60,475 nt of DNA, filler included, from Sphingomonadaceae bacterium (GCA_050261575.1; 3 parts of 3 records of this genome joined end to end with filler, not necessarily neighbours in it), one strand, 5' to 3'; positions 1 through 9,870 are shown, counted from the first letter of the whole stretch. Translations and numbers: made by a program. Notes: generated by a model not told the origin, from the sequence alone.

Positions 1-38
1 GGGGGTCGGGGGCCTGGTACCCGGCCCCTGACCCCCGA

Positions 39-701
39 TCAGCCTCCGGTCTCGAGCATCCCGCGGCTCAGGGCGTAGCGCACCAGTTCGGCCCGGGTTC
101 GGACGCCCAGCTTCTCCATGATGTTTGCCCGGTGGGTCTCCACAGTCTTCACGCTGATAACCAGCCGGCCGGCGATCTCCTGGTTGGTGTAGCCCTCGGC
201 CATCAGCTTCAGCACCTGCCTCTCCCGCTCCGTCAGACGATCCGGGCTTTCCGTGCCCTGGTCGGGCCTCGTCTGCTCGGCAGGGTCCTGTGGCAGGCGT
301 CCACCTGCAACTTGGTAGAGGAAGTTCTCACCGGCGTGCACCAACCTGATTGCGGTGATCAGGTCGGTGTCGGCCGCCTTCTTGGGTACGTAGCCCGATC
401 CCCCCGCCTGCAGCGTCTGCAGGAGGTACTCCTCGCTGTCGTGCATGGTCAGCACCAGCACCCTGACGTCGGGATACAGCTTTCTGATCCGGCGCGTGGC
501 ATCCAGCCCGTTCATCTCCGGCATCGTGATGTCCATGAGCACCACGTCCGGCTGCAGGGTGGCTATCCGGTCGATGGCCTGCTTCCCGTCGGATGCCTCG
601 CCCACCACCTCCATGTCCGGCTCGGCGTTCAGCAGCGTGCGCAGGCCGGCCCGCAGCACCGCGTGGTCGTCCACCAGCAGCAACCTGATCTTGTGTGTCA
701 C
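39..701 (-). CDS. NarL/LuxR-family response regulator
   Basis: REC domain (LLVDDH...DVVLMDI..P) plus C-terminal LuxR HTH (LTERERQVLKLMAEGYTNQEIA...KTVETH); overlaps the kinase stop codon. Confidence 0.95.
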   Translation of the reverse strand: MTHKIRLLLVDDHAVLRAGLRTLLNAEPDMEVVGEASDGKQAIDRIATLQPDVVLMDITMPEMNGLDATRRIRKLYPDVRVLVLTMHDSEEYLLQTLQAGGSGYVPKKAADTDLITAIRLVHAGENFLYQVAGGRLPQDPAEQTRPDQGTESPDRLTERERQVLKLMAEGYTNQEIAGRLVISVKTVETHRANIMEKLGVRTRAELVRYALSRGMLETGG

Positions 702-1741
702 GCCACCACCTTCTCCCGAGTCCCATCGAGGGGCACCCGGGCCAGCACGGTCGTTCCTCGCCCGGGCTTAGAACAGATCTCCAGGTGGCCGGCGAGGAGG
801 GATACCCTCTCCTTCATTCCGAACAGCCCGAGTCCACCGTCCCTGGACCGCAGCACCCGCTGGACATCGAAGCCCCGACCGTTGTCCCGCACCATCGCGG
901 TCAGGGTGGAGTCCTCCAGAGCCAATTGAACCTCGACGCGGCTGGCCCCGGAGTATCTGGCGGCGTTGGTCAGCGCCTCCTGCACCACCCGATATACGGC
1001 TACCTCCACCTCCGCGGGCAGCCTTTCCGTGAGCCCCGCCACCTGGAAGCCCACCTCGATCCCGGACTGCCGGCTGTACTCCTGGGCGTAGCTCCGGAGG
1101 GCTGGGAGCAGCCCCAGCTCGTCGAGGGCGCTCGGCCGCAACTCCACTGCCATGCGATGCACCGCCTCCAGGGTACCGGCGACAGTGGAGCGGAGTTCCG
1201 CCACCCTCTCCTGGAGGTAGTCCGGCTCCCGCGCCCTCTCCAGCGCCCTCAATCCCAGCATCACCGAGGTGAGGGCCTGGCTCGTCTCGTCGTGCAGCTC
1301 GCGGGCGATCCGCTTTCGCTCCTCCTCCTGTGCACTGAGCACCCGGGCGGGGAGCCGCCGGAGTTCGGATTGGTTGGCCTGGAGCCTCTCCAGCATGCCG
1401 TTGAATGCCTCGGCTAGGCGGTTGGTGGCCGGATCGCCCAGCGGGTCGGGCGTGGCCCTGACCGTGAGGTCTCCCTTCGCGTGGACCTCCTCCACCGTTC
1501 TCTGGAGCGATTCCAGCGGCTTCATGGCGGCCTTCAGGATCCAGAAGTTGGCCACCACGTGCAGACCGACTCCTCCCAGCACGAAGCCTGCGATCAGGTG
1601 GAGGGGTAGCTGCTGGGGCAGGGCTCGAACCACCCAGGTGCCCACCACCGCGCCGATCAGGACGATGGCGGAGCTCGCGATCAGGATGCGGTAGAACAGT
1701 GGAGTGCGGGCGGCGATACCCCGGATCAGATCCAACGGCAA
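698..1741 (-). CDS. Membrane sensor histidine kinase (2 TM, HAMP, HisKA_3, HATPase)
   Basis: EEERKRIARELHDETSQ H-box, QEALTNA N-box, DNGRGF and GLGLFGM G-boxes. Confidence 0.95.
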   Translation of the reverse strand: MPLDLIRGIAARTPLFYRILIASSAIVLIGAVVGTWVVRALPQQLPLHLIAGFVLGGVGLHVVANFWILKAAMKPLESLQRTVEEVHAKGDLTVRATPDPLGDPATNRLAEAFNGMLERLQANQSELRRLPARVLSAQEEERKRIARELHDETSQALTSVMLGLRALERAREPDYLQERVAELRSTVAGTLEAVHRMAVELRPSALDELGLLPALRSYAQEYSRQSGIEVGFQVAGLTERLPAEVEVAVYRVVQEALTNAARYSGASRVEVQLALEDSTLTAMVRDNGRGFDVQRVLRSRDGGLGLFGMKERVSLLAGHLEICSKPGRGTTVLARVPLDGTREKVVA

Positions 1742-1843
1742 CCTCGGTTGTGGAGCGGGATCCGTCCCGCTTCGAAGGTTTTTCTGATAGGAGTATTCTA
1801 ATACTTAAGAGGGTTCGAGACAAACGCCGAGGGCGGGGGGAGC

Positions 1844-1915
1844 GCAGGGGCTAAGCATTGGCGGTGCGAGTCGGTGCCACGGAGCGGTGTTCAGGCGCCA
1901 ATGCTTAGCCCCTAC
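1844..1915. repeat. REP-like inverted-repeat doublet
   Basis: Perfect 18-bp inverted repeat AGGGGCTAAGCATTGGCG (1846-1863) / CGCCAATGCTTAGCCCCT (1896-1913), with a CTAC (GTAG) foot. Confidence 0.7.
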
Positions 1916-1934
1916 CTCGGTCACCTGGGGGTTG

Positions 1935-3101
1935 TCAACTGAGCATCTCCTTGATCCTCTTGGCGGCTGTCTCCAGCACCTCCGGGGCGGATGCGAAGGA
2001 GAAGCGAACGTGCCCGTCGCCGGCGTCGCCGAAGGCCGAGCCGGGGGTGCCCGCCACCCGGGCCTTCTCCAGCAGCATATCTGCCAGTTGGATGGAGTTC
2101 AACCCCAGGTCGAACTTCGGGAAGGCGTAGAAGGCGCCCTCGGGCTTGAAGCAACTGACGCCGGGGATGTCGTTCAGCATATCCACGAAGAAGTTGCGGC
2201 GCCGCTCGTACTCGGCGTTCATCTTCGCCACCGGCTCCTGCGGCCCTTCGAGCGCCGCCACGCCGCCCACCTGGACGAAGGAGGGTGCGCAGGTGGCCGT
2301 CTGCTCCTGGATCTTGCCGATCTCCTTCATCAACTCGACGGGGCCCGCCACGTAGCCCAACCGCCAGCCGGTCATGGCGTATGCCTTGGAGTGGCCGTTG
2401 AGGGTGAGCGTCCGCTCCGCCATGCCCGGCAGGCTGCCGATGCTGACGTGCTCTCGGCCATCGAAGATGATCTTCTCGTACATCTCGTCCGAGAGCACGT
2501 ACAGGTCGTGCTCTCGGGCGGCTGCTGCGATGATCTCCAACTCCTGGCGCGTCAGCACCTTGCCCGTCGGGTTGTTGGGGGTGTTCAGCAGTATCGCCTT
2601 CGTCTTGGGGGTGATCAGCGCCTTCAGCATCTCGGCGGTCAGGGCGAAACCGTTCTCCGCGGTGAGGTTGAGCGGGACGGTGACACCCCCCGCCAGTTGG
2701 ATGATGGGGCGGTAGGTTACCCAGGCCGGCTCGGGCACGATGACCTCGTCGCCCTCGTCTATCAGCGTCATCAGGGAGCAGTAGAGGGCTAGCTTCCCGC
2801 CGGAGGTCACGATGATCCCCTTGTCCGGATCTACCTCCACCCCGTTTTCCCGGGCCAGCTTGTGGGCTATCGCCTTGCGCAACTCCGGGATGCCGGCGCT
2901 GGGCACGTAGTGGGTGAAGCCCGACTGCATGGACTGGATCGCCGCCTTCTGGATGTGCTCGGGCGTGGCGAAGTCGGGGTCGCCGCCCCCCAGGTCCATG
3001 ATGTCGATCCCCTGCCGCTTGAGGGCACGGGCCTTGTTCATGACCTGAACCGTAGCCGAACCGGCCATGCTGGTGATCTTCGTGGAAAGGGGCTTTGCCA
3101 T
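1935..3101 (-). CDS. PLP-dependent class I/II aminotransferase (aspartate aminotransferase-like)
   Basis: NTPNNPTG, SDEMY and SKAYAMTGWRLGY motifs; GGAGG RBS. Confidence 0.95.
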   Translation of the reverse strand: MAKPLSTKITSMAGSATVQVMNKARALKRQGIDIMDLGGGDPDFATPEHIQKAAIQSMQSGFTHYVPSAGIPELRKAIAHKLARENGVEVDPDKGIIVTSGGKLALYCSLMTLIDEGDEVIVPEPAWVTYRPIIQLAGGVTVPLNLTAENGFALTAEMLKALITPKTKAILLNTPNNPTGKVLTRQELEIIAAAAREHDLYVLSDEMYEKIIFDGREHVSIGSLPGMAERTLTLNGHSKAYAMTGWRLGYVAGPVELMKEIGKIQEQTATCAPSFVQVGGVAALEGPQEPVAKMNAEYERRRNFFVDMLNDIPGVSCFKPEGAFYAFPKFDLGLNSIQLADMLLEKARVAGTPGSAFGDAGDGHVRFSFASAPEVLETAAKRIKEMLS

Positions 3102-3322
3102 GGGCCAAAACCTCCTAGGCTACCTTCATCGATCGGACGACTGCTCTTTCGATCCTCCGGTCTATCGAACGTTTGGCAGAGGCCGCGATCAGCACGGAAT
3201 GGACTGAGGGGACACGGGTGTGAAACTGGAGAGTATAGTACACCACGCACGCACGAGGGGCAACGCGAGGGGATGCTGAAAGCGGCGCTGACGTGCCGCA
3301 CTCCACACTGTGCCACGTGCGG

Positions 3323-3362
3323 GCGAAGCATCCGCTCACGCCGCCGTGAGCGGATGCTTCGC
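3323..3362. terminator. Perfect 18-bp hairpin (terminator-like or repeat)
   Basis: GCGAAGCATCCGCTCACG-ccgc-CGTGAGCGGATGCTTCGC; no clear U-tract. Confidence 0.5.
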
Positions 3363-3367
3363 TCTTA

Positions 3368-3552
3368 GCCCCGGAACAGGCCGCCTTCCAAGCAACCTGC
3401 ATCGCATTCCAGCGGAAGAGCCCAGCCATGTAGCGTTGGAGTCCGTCTCCGACGTGGTACCCGCCGCAGGTGAGCCGCGACGCTACAGGATGGCTGCTCG
3501 GGTGCTTTCGCTCGTGGCGATGCCCCTCAAGGGCATGATGGGCACCAGGGGA
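3368..3552. ncRNA. Candidate rod-shaped structured RNA (6S/SsrS-like)
   Basis: About 185 nt intergenic, with nested helices CCCC/GGGG, GCATCGC/GCGATGC, AGCGGAAG/CTTTCGCT, AGCCA/TGGCT and TGTAGCGT/ACGCTACA, plus a side hairpin ATGCCC/GGGCAT. Confidence 0.45.
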
Positions 3553-3554
3553 CC

Positions 3555-3887
3555 CTACTTGGACGGCCTCCCGGAGGGTCGGGGTCTCCGGGACGGTGCC
3601 GATGCCCTCCTGGGCGCGGCAACCGATGCTGTGACCTTCTCTGGGTGGATGTAGTCGTAGAAGCGCGTCACGGCCTCGCGGTGAGTGCCCCTGTGGACGG
3701 CGAGCGTCTTGACCTTCCCCTTCTCCTCGCGAACCAGAGCCCAAACGGCCTGGCCGGTGGGACCGATCTTGCCCTGGGGCTGAATGGAAAGGTGGTGGGC
3801 TTCCTGCAGGTGCTGCTCCGGATTCGGAGCGTGCGGGTGTGGCTGGGCTCTGCTGGACTGAGGTGTGGCGTTGCTGTCTTCTGCCAT
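3555..3887 (-). CDS. Hypothetical protein
   Basis: 110-aa ORF with ATG start and purine-rich upstream sequence; no recognised domain. Confidence 0.55.
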   Translation of the reverse strand: MAEDSNATPQSSRAQPHPHAPNPEQHLQEAHHLSIQPQGKIGPTGQAVWALVREEKGKVKTLAVHRGTHREAVTRFYDYIHPEKVTASVAAPRRASAPSRRPRPSGRPSK

Positions 3888-4078
3888 GATGTACCCTTCT
3901 GTGATCTCCTCTCGGGCTTACCGGGGGAAGTACCCCCTGGCCCCATGCCCAGCGAGCACAACCGGCGGCTGCCGCCATTGTATCACATCCGCTGGGGTAT
4001 GGATCTTGCCACCCTCCCTGGCTTCGCGTGCACGAGCCGCCGGCAATGCCCGCCGGCCAGAGAGGGAGGTACGGGTGG

Positions 4079-4435
4079 ATGGCTCAGCATCCCGAGGAGT
4101 ACAGAAGGGATCTGAACCCCGAGTTCCTGGCCGGACAGAACTACGGCCTGGATGGGGAGCAGCCCGAGGAGGGCGCTCTCTCCGCCTACGAGTATAAGGA
4201 TGTCGGAGAGTTGCTTCCGGACTGGAGCGCGGCCGAGTTGAGGCAGTTGCCGATCGTGCCGGAGGGGAGCCGTCTTCAGCAGGGAGCCGTCTACTTCGAC
4301 CTGAGACATCCGGAGCGGGGGGAGTTCAAAGCACGAGGGGACATGGTGGCCCCTCCGGATAGCCGATTGGTGCCGAAGGACAGGGCCGATTTCACGCTAT
4401 GGAACAAGCTGACGTCGCTGGGGGCGAGGAGATAG
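4079..4435 (+). CDS. Hypothetical protein
   Basis: GGGAGGT RBS before ATG 4079; protein-like composition (RQLPIVPEGSRLQQGAVYFDL). Confidence 0.75.
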   Translation: MAQHPEEYRRDLNPEFLAGQNYGLDGEQPEEGALSAYEYKDVGELLPDWSAAELRQLPIVPEGSRLQQGAVYFDLRHPERGEFKARGDMVAPPDSRLVPKDRADFTLWNKLTSLGARR

Positions 4436-4597
4436 AAAACCACAATGCCCTCGGATGCCTCTCGGCGCGCGAGACGGATGCGAGGGATACTGATCCGGAT
4501 ATGAGCATCCCGTGGATGCTTCTTCTCAATAGACCTGTTTGAGAGATGTGGCAGTGGGATAGGGTCGGCCGGTTAGGGCACCGGGCTCTCGCAAAGG

Positions 4598-4786
4598 CTA
4601 AACCGAGGTGGAGGAGTAGCGCCTAGCCTCGTTGACAACCCACTCGTCCAGGATCTCCTTCTTGAAGCGCCAGGAGCTGCCGACCTTGAAGCCGGGAATC
4701 TTCCCTTGAGCTGCGTACCTGTAGACTGTGATGGGGTTCAGCTTCAGGTACGCAGCGACCTCTTTGACTGTCATCATCCTCTCCAC
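4598..4786 (-). CDS. Excisionase-like HTH_17 DNA-binding protein
   Basis: MTVKEVAAYLKLNPITVYRYAAQGKIPGFKVGSSWRF; GGGAGGT RBS before GTG. Confidence 0.9.
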   Translation of the reverse strand: MERMMTVKEVAAYLKLNPITVYRYAAQGKIPGFKVGSSWRFKKEILDEWVVNEARRYSSTSV

Positions 4787-5016
4787 AGGATCTACCTCCC
4801 CTATCAAATCGTCCTCCCAGGTATAACCTGCCTAGTAGCCGCTGGCGGCCGCATCGTACACTATATTGTAGTCACATGCAAGTACAAGATCCGAGGCGCG
4901 CAACGAGGCGCCTCCGGATTCGCTCGCGCGGCGAGCGCAGCCCGAGTCGACGTGACAAGCCAGGATGAATGCAGACGTGCGCGGCTGTGTGGGACAGCGG
5001 CGAACCGAGGTTTACC

Positions 5017-5045
5017 TTGACAATGCAAAGCGGGGTAACTAAGAT
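5017..5045 (+). promoter_or_regulatory. Sigma70-type promoter of nrdR
   Basis: TTGACA-17 nt-TAAGAT, about 40 nt upstream of the start codon. Confidence 0.65.
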
Positions 5046-5084
5046 GCCGGTAGTTTAGCATTTTGTTGTCAGGCTTACAATACC

Positions 5085-5537
5085 TTGAAGTGCCCCTATT
5101 GCGCGCACGACCAAACGAAGGTTGTAGACAAGAGAGACTTGACGGCCGGGGCCACTCGCCGACGCAGGCTGTGCACCCGTTGCGGTCGCCGGTTCAGCAC
5201 CTACGAGCAGGCTGAGGTGGTCAACCTCGTCGTGGTCAAGAAGGACGGCCGCCGTGAGCCCTTCGACCGCAACAAACTGAGAATCGGCCTGCTCAAGGCG
5301 TGTGAGAAGCGCCCCATCAGCTCCGAGACCATCGAGTCGCTCGTCGACGAGGTGGAGGCCGCTTGCCGATCGAGGGACGGCATGGAGGTGTCCAGCAGCG
5401 TCGTCGGTGAACTCGTGATGGACAAGCTGAGGGCGCTGGACAAGATCGCCTACATCCGTTTCGCCTCGGTGTACCGCGCGTTCGCGGACCTCCAGTCTTT
5501 CGAAGAGGAACTCCACGTGCTGCTGAAGGGCCGCTGA
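5085..5537 (+). CDS. nrdR: Transcriptional repressor NrdR
   Basis: MKCPYC...RRRRLCTRCGRRFSTYE Zn ribbon; ATP-cone VVKKDGRREPFDRNK; AYIRFASVYR. Confidence 0.97.
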   Translation: MKCPYCAHDQTKVVDKRDLTAGATRRRRLCTRCGRRFSTYEQAEVVNLVVVKKDGRREPFDRNKLRIGLLKACEKRPISSETIESLVDEVEAACRSRDGMEVSSSVVGELVMDKLRALDKIAYIRFASVYRAFADLQSFEEELHVLLKGR

Positions 5538-6514
5538 TGGCGGGCCAGACCGCTATGCGGGCGGCCGGCTGGATGATCGCCGTCGGCTCCGTCGCCACCC
5601 TTCTCGGCACGATCCTCGTGCTCTCCGTGGCTTCCAGGGCCGACTTGGGCTCGCGCTGGCCGGTGCGCTCGGCTCCAATCGACTTCCTGATGATGGCCGG
5701 TGGCGGCGGGCTGCTGGCGTTGGGAGGGCTGACCGCTCTCCTGGGGCTGGCTCTCTACGTCCTGCTTCCTGCCTTCTCCCGAGGAGGGCAGGCGCTGAAG
5801 AGCTACGGATCCCACCGCGTCGTGCTGGCCTGCACTGCCCTGGCCACGGTGTTGGGGAACCTGCTCGCCGCCTCCTACTTCCTGGTGATCGGCCCCTTCG
5901 TGGCCGGGGACGGTGCCCGCGTCGGTCCCACCACCGGCCGGATCCTCTCGCCCGAGGGTATAGCCGTCGCGGCGATCTCCCTGGACATCGCGCTGATGGC
6001 CATCGTCTACCTACGGATCGTCCGGCCGGGAGCGATCTCCTGGCAGCGGATGGGGCTAAACAGCAGGGGGCTCCTCGGCCGGCTGCTGCTGGGGCTGCTG
6101 TTCGGGGCGGTGCTGTTCGCCGTGAGCAGCGTCCTGGAGTACCTGCTGGCCCAACTGGGGGTTCGGCAGACTCAGGCGGCTACCTTCCAGTCGGTGACTC
6201 GGGCCAGCCCTCAGCAGTTCGGCCTGGTGCTGCTAGCTGGTGCTGTCGTCGCGCCCTTCGTCGAGGAGATCTACTTCAGAGGCTACGTCTTCCGGGCCTA
6301 TCTGGATCAGAAGGGGCTCCCGCAGGCATTCCTTTTCAGCGCGGGTCTCTTCGCCTTGGTGCACCTGGATCTCGCGGCGATGCTGCCCATCCTGGCTGTC
6401 GGCCTTCTCCTCTCCTTCCTCTACTATCGGACCGGCAGCGTCCTGCCGGGGATCGTTGCCCACATGGCCAACAACGCCGTGGCCTTCACCCTGCTCTACC
6501 TGGGCGTCTCCTAA
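5537..6514 (+). CDS. CPBP/CAAX-family intramembrane glutamic endopeptidase
   Basis: Multiple TM helices; PFVEEIYFRG, FALVH and HMANN motifs. Confidence 0.92.
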   Translation: MAGQTAMRAAGWMIAVGSVATLLGTILVLSVASRADLGSRWPVRSAPIDFLMMAGGGGLLALGGLTALLGLALYVLLPAFSRGGQALKSYGSHRVVLACTALATVLGNLLAASYFLVIGPFVAGDGARVGPTTGRILSPEGIAVAAISLDIALMAIVYLRIVRPGAISWQRMGLNSRGLLGRLLLGLLFGAVLFAVSSVLEYLLAQLGVRQTQAATFQSVTRASPQQFGLVLLAGAVVAPFVEEIYFRGYVFRAYLDQKGLPQAFLFSAGLFALVHLDLAAMLPILAVGLLLSFLYYRTGSVLPGIVAHMANNAVAFTLLYLGVS

Positions 6515-6584
6515 GCGGGCATCTCTAGTTCGTGTCAACTCCTCTGGCGGGAGACGTGTACTCTATCTGGAGATGCCTGCTTAG
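6511..6584 (+). repeat. ~74-bp dispersed inverted-repeat element, copy 1
   Basis: Termini CTAAGCGGGCATCTCTAG / CTGGAGATGCCTGCTTAG; core shared with copies at 9741-9870, 14852-14924 and 53175-53304. Confidence 0.85.
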
Positions 6585-6661
6585 CACCGCCGTCCCCTGG
6601 CACCGACCGTGCAACTCGGATGGTAGGCGGAAAGTACCCAATTAACCGATTCGAGCGGAGG

Positions 6662-9172
6662 ATGAAGGCGTCCGCTAAAAGCTCGGCTTCACGATGGAGC
6701 CAACTGGTTGCCCTCTGCGCTGCCCTTCCAGGCATCCAGAACGAGCAGCAGATACTGGAAGTTGCCGTGCGCGAAGCGGCAGCCTTCTTTGGTGCCGATG
6801 TCGCCGTGGCCCTGCTCTGCAGGGATAGTCAACTCACCCCTGCTGCCTGGGTCGGGCTTCCCACCGACTCACCCCCAGGAATGTCGGGCTGCGCCGGTGA
6901 GGGCATCCGCCGGTACGTGGAGCAGCTTCTTGCCCCGAAACGGTGCCGGAGCTTCATCCGGGCCCCCATGACCGCGAGCGGATCGAAGGTCGGCGAGTTC
7001 GTGCTGTGCCGTGTCGCTGACGGTAGACCGGCTTATGGACCCGAAGACCGAGAGATGCTGCGCCTCGTGGCTCACCGAATCGCGGTTGCAGTGGTGGATG
7101 CGGGGCTGCTGGAGCGGGCCCACGGACAGCAACGGGTGGTGGCCCGGATAGCCGATGCCCTCGCCGGAGAGGTGGAGGTGCGGCGGATCGCCCAGACGGC
7201 GGTCGATCTGGCACTGGCGGAGTTGAGTGCTGACGTCGTTGTGTTGTGGAAGGCGCGGACGGAGGCACGGGAACTGGAGCTGCTGGCCAGCAGCGGCCTA
7301 GATCCCTCTGAAGCAGCCAAGGTGGCGCGCCTCTCCTTCGATGCCCCTTCCCTGGCTGCTCTGACGGCGCGTACGCGTCGCACTCACGTGATCGAGAGTC
7401 TGGACAAGTTGCCCCATGGGTTGGAGATCACGAAGGGGATCTTCACGAAGCTGGGGGTGCAATCTGTCGTGAACATTCCGCTGCTGGCCCGGGGCGAGTT
7501 GGTGGGCGTCTTCGCCTACGCGAGGAAGGTACCCCGTCTTTGGGAGCGGGAGCAGCAAGCGATCGCAGGGACCCTGGCCGATCTCCTGGCCGCGGCACTG
7601 CTGAACGCCGGACTCTACGAGGAGAGCGAGCGGAGGCGGCTGCTGGCGGAGACCGTCATCGACAACTCCCCGGCGGCTATCTCTGTGATCTCCGGGCCTG
7701 AGCATCGCTACGTTCTGGTGAACCCGGCCCGAGAGCGGATCAGCGGTTTGCCTCGGGAGAGGCTGCTTGGCCACACCCTGCGCGAGACATTTCCGGATCT
7801 GGCAGGCGAGATCGTCGAGAAGGCGATAGAGCGGGTGTACCGGACGGGCAAGACCGAGGTCATACCGGAGTTCCACTACGACTTCGGCCCACCGAAAGGG
7901 CCGAGGGATCTCTCTCTCCTGTATGCTCCCCTCCGAGGTCCGAACGGCAAGATCGAAGGGGTCATCAGCCTGATGCTGGACATCACGGAGCAGGTGGCAT
8001 CCCGCCGCCAGTTGGAGGAGATCGCCGCCAAGCTGAAGGCGGCGAACGAGCAGCTCGTCGAGGCCAACCTTCGCAGCAGCCGGATGGCAGACCTCGCTCA
8101 GCAGCGGGCGGCGGAGCTCGCCGCCACCATCAACAATATTGCCGACGCCGTCTTCGTTTGCGATCCCGAGGGCAAGATCATCTTCATCAACGGCGCCGCC
8201 CTCGATCTGATCGGTGCGGAGCGGAGTGGCGCGCTGCGTACCCTGGTGGAGTACATTGCCGCCTTGCGGCCGCGCTATCTCGACGGGCGCCCCATACCCA
8301 GGGAGGAGCTTTCCATCTCCAAGGCACTGCGGGGCGAGGTCGTGCGGGGCGTGGAGGAGATCGTTCGCGACTCCCGAATGCAGCGAGATCGGTTCATCCA
8401 GGTGAGCGCCGCGCCCGTGCGAGACGCCGAGGGACGCTTGCTGGGTGCCGTGGAGGTCATGAGCGACATCACTCGCCTGAAGGAGCTAGATCGGCTGAAG
8501 GACGAGTTCATCACCGTGGCGGCCCACGAGATCAAGACGCCGGTGACCGCCATTAAGGGCTTCGCTCAGACCCTACTGCGGACTCCCAATGCCTGCCTGC
8601 CCAGGTTCCGGGTGGCCTTGGAGACCATCGTGCAGCAGTCGGATCGGATCGACACCCTGGTGCGGGACTTCCTGGAGGCATCACGGATGCGATGGGGTAG
8701 GGTGCAGCTCTCGCCGGAGAGGGTCAACCTCTCCGCCATCGTGTCCGAGGCCGTGGCTCGAAAGGCGGCGGAAGCCCCGAGACACCAGTTGGAGCTGTCT
8801 GCAGAGGATCCAGTTTGGGTCGTCGGCGATCGAATGCGGCTGTATCAAGTGATGGACGCCCTGCTGGATAACGCGGTGCAGTACTCTCCCGGCGGCGGGA
8901 AGGTGGAGGTCCAGGTTCGGAAGGAGGGTTCGCGGGCGGTGGTATCGGTCATCGATCACGGGGTGGGGATCCCCAAGGAGAGGCAGTCGCACCTGTTCGA
9001 ACGCTTCTACCGGGCCCACATTGGGACCAGCTACGACTACGGTGGCCTGGGCATCGAGCTGTACATCGCGCGAGAGATCGTGCGCCGCCACGGCGGAGAC
9101 ATCTGGTTCGAGAGCGAGGAGGGGAAGGGCTCCACCTTCCACTTCAGCGTCCCCCTCGCGAGTGATGAGTGA
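6662..9172 (+). CDS. Cytoplasmic GAF-GAF-PAS-PAS sensor histidine kinase
   Basis: GAF and PAS segments; KDEFITVAAHEIKTP H-box; HATPase DHGVGI...FERFYR...GKGSTF; start could be 6620. Confidence 0.92.
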   Translation: MKASAKSSASRWSQLVALCAALPGIQNEQQILEVAVREAAAFFGADVAVALLCRDSQLTPAAWVGLPTDSPPGMSGCAGEGIRRYVEQLLAPKRCRSFIRAPMTASGSKVGEFVLCRVADGRPAYGPEDREMLRLVAHRIAVAVVDAGLLERAHGQQRVVARIADALAGEVEVRRIAQTAVDLALAELSADVVVLWKARTEARELELLASSGLDPSEAAKVARLSFDAPSLAALTARTRRTHVIESLDKLPHGLEITKGIFTKLGVQSVVNIPLLARGELVGVFAYARKVPRLWEREQQAIAGTLADLLAAALLNAGLYEESERRRLLAETVIDNSPAAISVISGPEHRYVLVNPARERISGLPRERLLGHTLRETFPDLAGEIVEKAIERVYRTGKTEVIPEFHYDFGPPKGPRDLSLLYAPLRGPNGKIEGVISLMLDITEQVASRRQLEEIAAKLKAANEQLVEANLRSSRMADLAQQRAAELAATINNIADAVFVCDPEGKIIFINGAALDLIGAERSGALRTLVEYIAALRPRYLDGRPIPREELSISKALRGEVVRGVEEIVRDSRMQRDRFIQVSAAPVRDAEGRLLGAVEVMSDITRLKELDRLKDEFITVAAHEIKTPVTAIKGFAQTLLRTPNACLPRFRVALETIVQQSDRIDTLVRDFLEASRMRWGRVQLSPERVNLSAIVSEAVARKAAEAPRHQLELSAEDPVWVVGDRMRLYQVMDALLDNAVQYSPGGGKVEVQVRKEGSRAVVSVIDHGVGIPKERQSHLFERFYRAHIGTSYDYGGLGIELYIAREIVRRHGGDIWFESEEGKGSTFHFSVPLASDE

Positions 9173-9295
9173 TGTGTGACGAGTGGCGATGGGCGCCGCC
9201 CTCCGGCACGTTTCCTGCAGCCTTCTTTAGCTAAGCACCGGCTGCGCGCAGGTTCATCGATTTCACAATGGCAAGCGCGAAAGGGGAGACTGGGC

Positions 9296-9499
9296 ATGGC
9301 GACCATCAGGTGTACCGTGAGCAACTGCGAGTACTGGGGAGATCAGAACTACTGTACCGCCGATCAGATACTGGTCATGGCCCCCTCCTCGCCGATCCAA
9401 CAGGCTGACGAGCATGGGGTGAACGCCGAGCTACTGAAGCAGACCCCGGCCACCACCGACGAGGATACCCTGTGCTACACCTTCGAGCGGAGGGTCTGA
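9296..9499 (+). CDS. DUF1540-like small Cys-rich protein
   Basis: IRCTVSNCEYW...NYCTADQI...TLCYTF pattern; GGGGAG RBS. Confidence 0.85.
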   Translation: MATIRCTVSNCEYWGDQNYCTADQILVMAPSSPIQQADEHGVNAELLKQTPATTDEDTLCYTFERRV

Positions 9500-9740
9500 G
9501 AGCGCACACCCGGCGATTCGATCGGCACTGCGGGGCACGATTCCCTCATCCTTGAGCCGGGAGGGTCGGGGACGTGCCCCTCCGTGCCGATTCCACCATC
9601 TACCACTGCCCCGCCCCTCCGGTTGACACGCCGTCCTGTCCTTGCTACCTTCGGCATGATGGCTGAGGCTATCCTTCCACGCGGCGAAGCGCGAGCAAGT
9701 CCAACCCTCGGCACCGTCTTGCCGGCTTCCCTTAGGGGAT

Positions 9741-9870
9741 CTGTGCAGGCGTTTCCAAATCGGGTCGATTCTTCTGGCTGGGAGTGCGTACTCCATCCGA
9801 GCAGGCATCTCTAGATGGAGTACACGTTTCCCGCGAGAGCAGTTGGCATGGACTGGAGATACCAGCTTAG
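9741..9870. repeat. ~74-bp element: degenerate forward copy (9741-9797) fused to a reverse copy (9797-9870)
   Basis: 9797-9870 resembles the reverse complement of 6511-6584 (GCAGGCATCTCTAGATGGAGTACACGTTTCCCGC...CTGGAGATACCAGCTTAG). Confidence 0.8.

Noticed and set aside
3115..3978. 287-aa minus-strand ORF
   Set aside because: It overlaps a better ORF, the structured RNA candidate and a hairpin, and its composition is not protein-like.
4598..4786. Excisionase as evidence of a prophage or ICE
   Set aside because: No integrase, att site or phage genes nearby; standalone HTH_17 regulators are common.
4858..4873. NrdR-box-like ACACTATATTGTAGT
   Set aside because: The spacing is one base off the 16-bp consensus, it is a single copy, and it lies far from the nrdR promoter. 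It may belong to the divergent HTH gene promoter.
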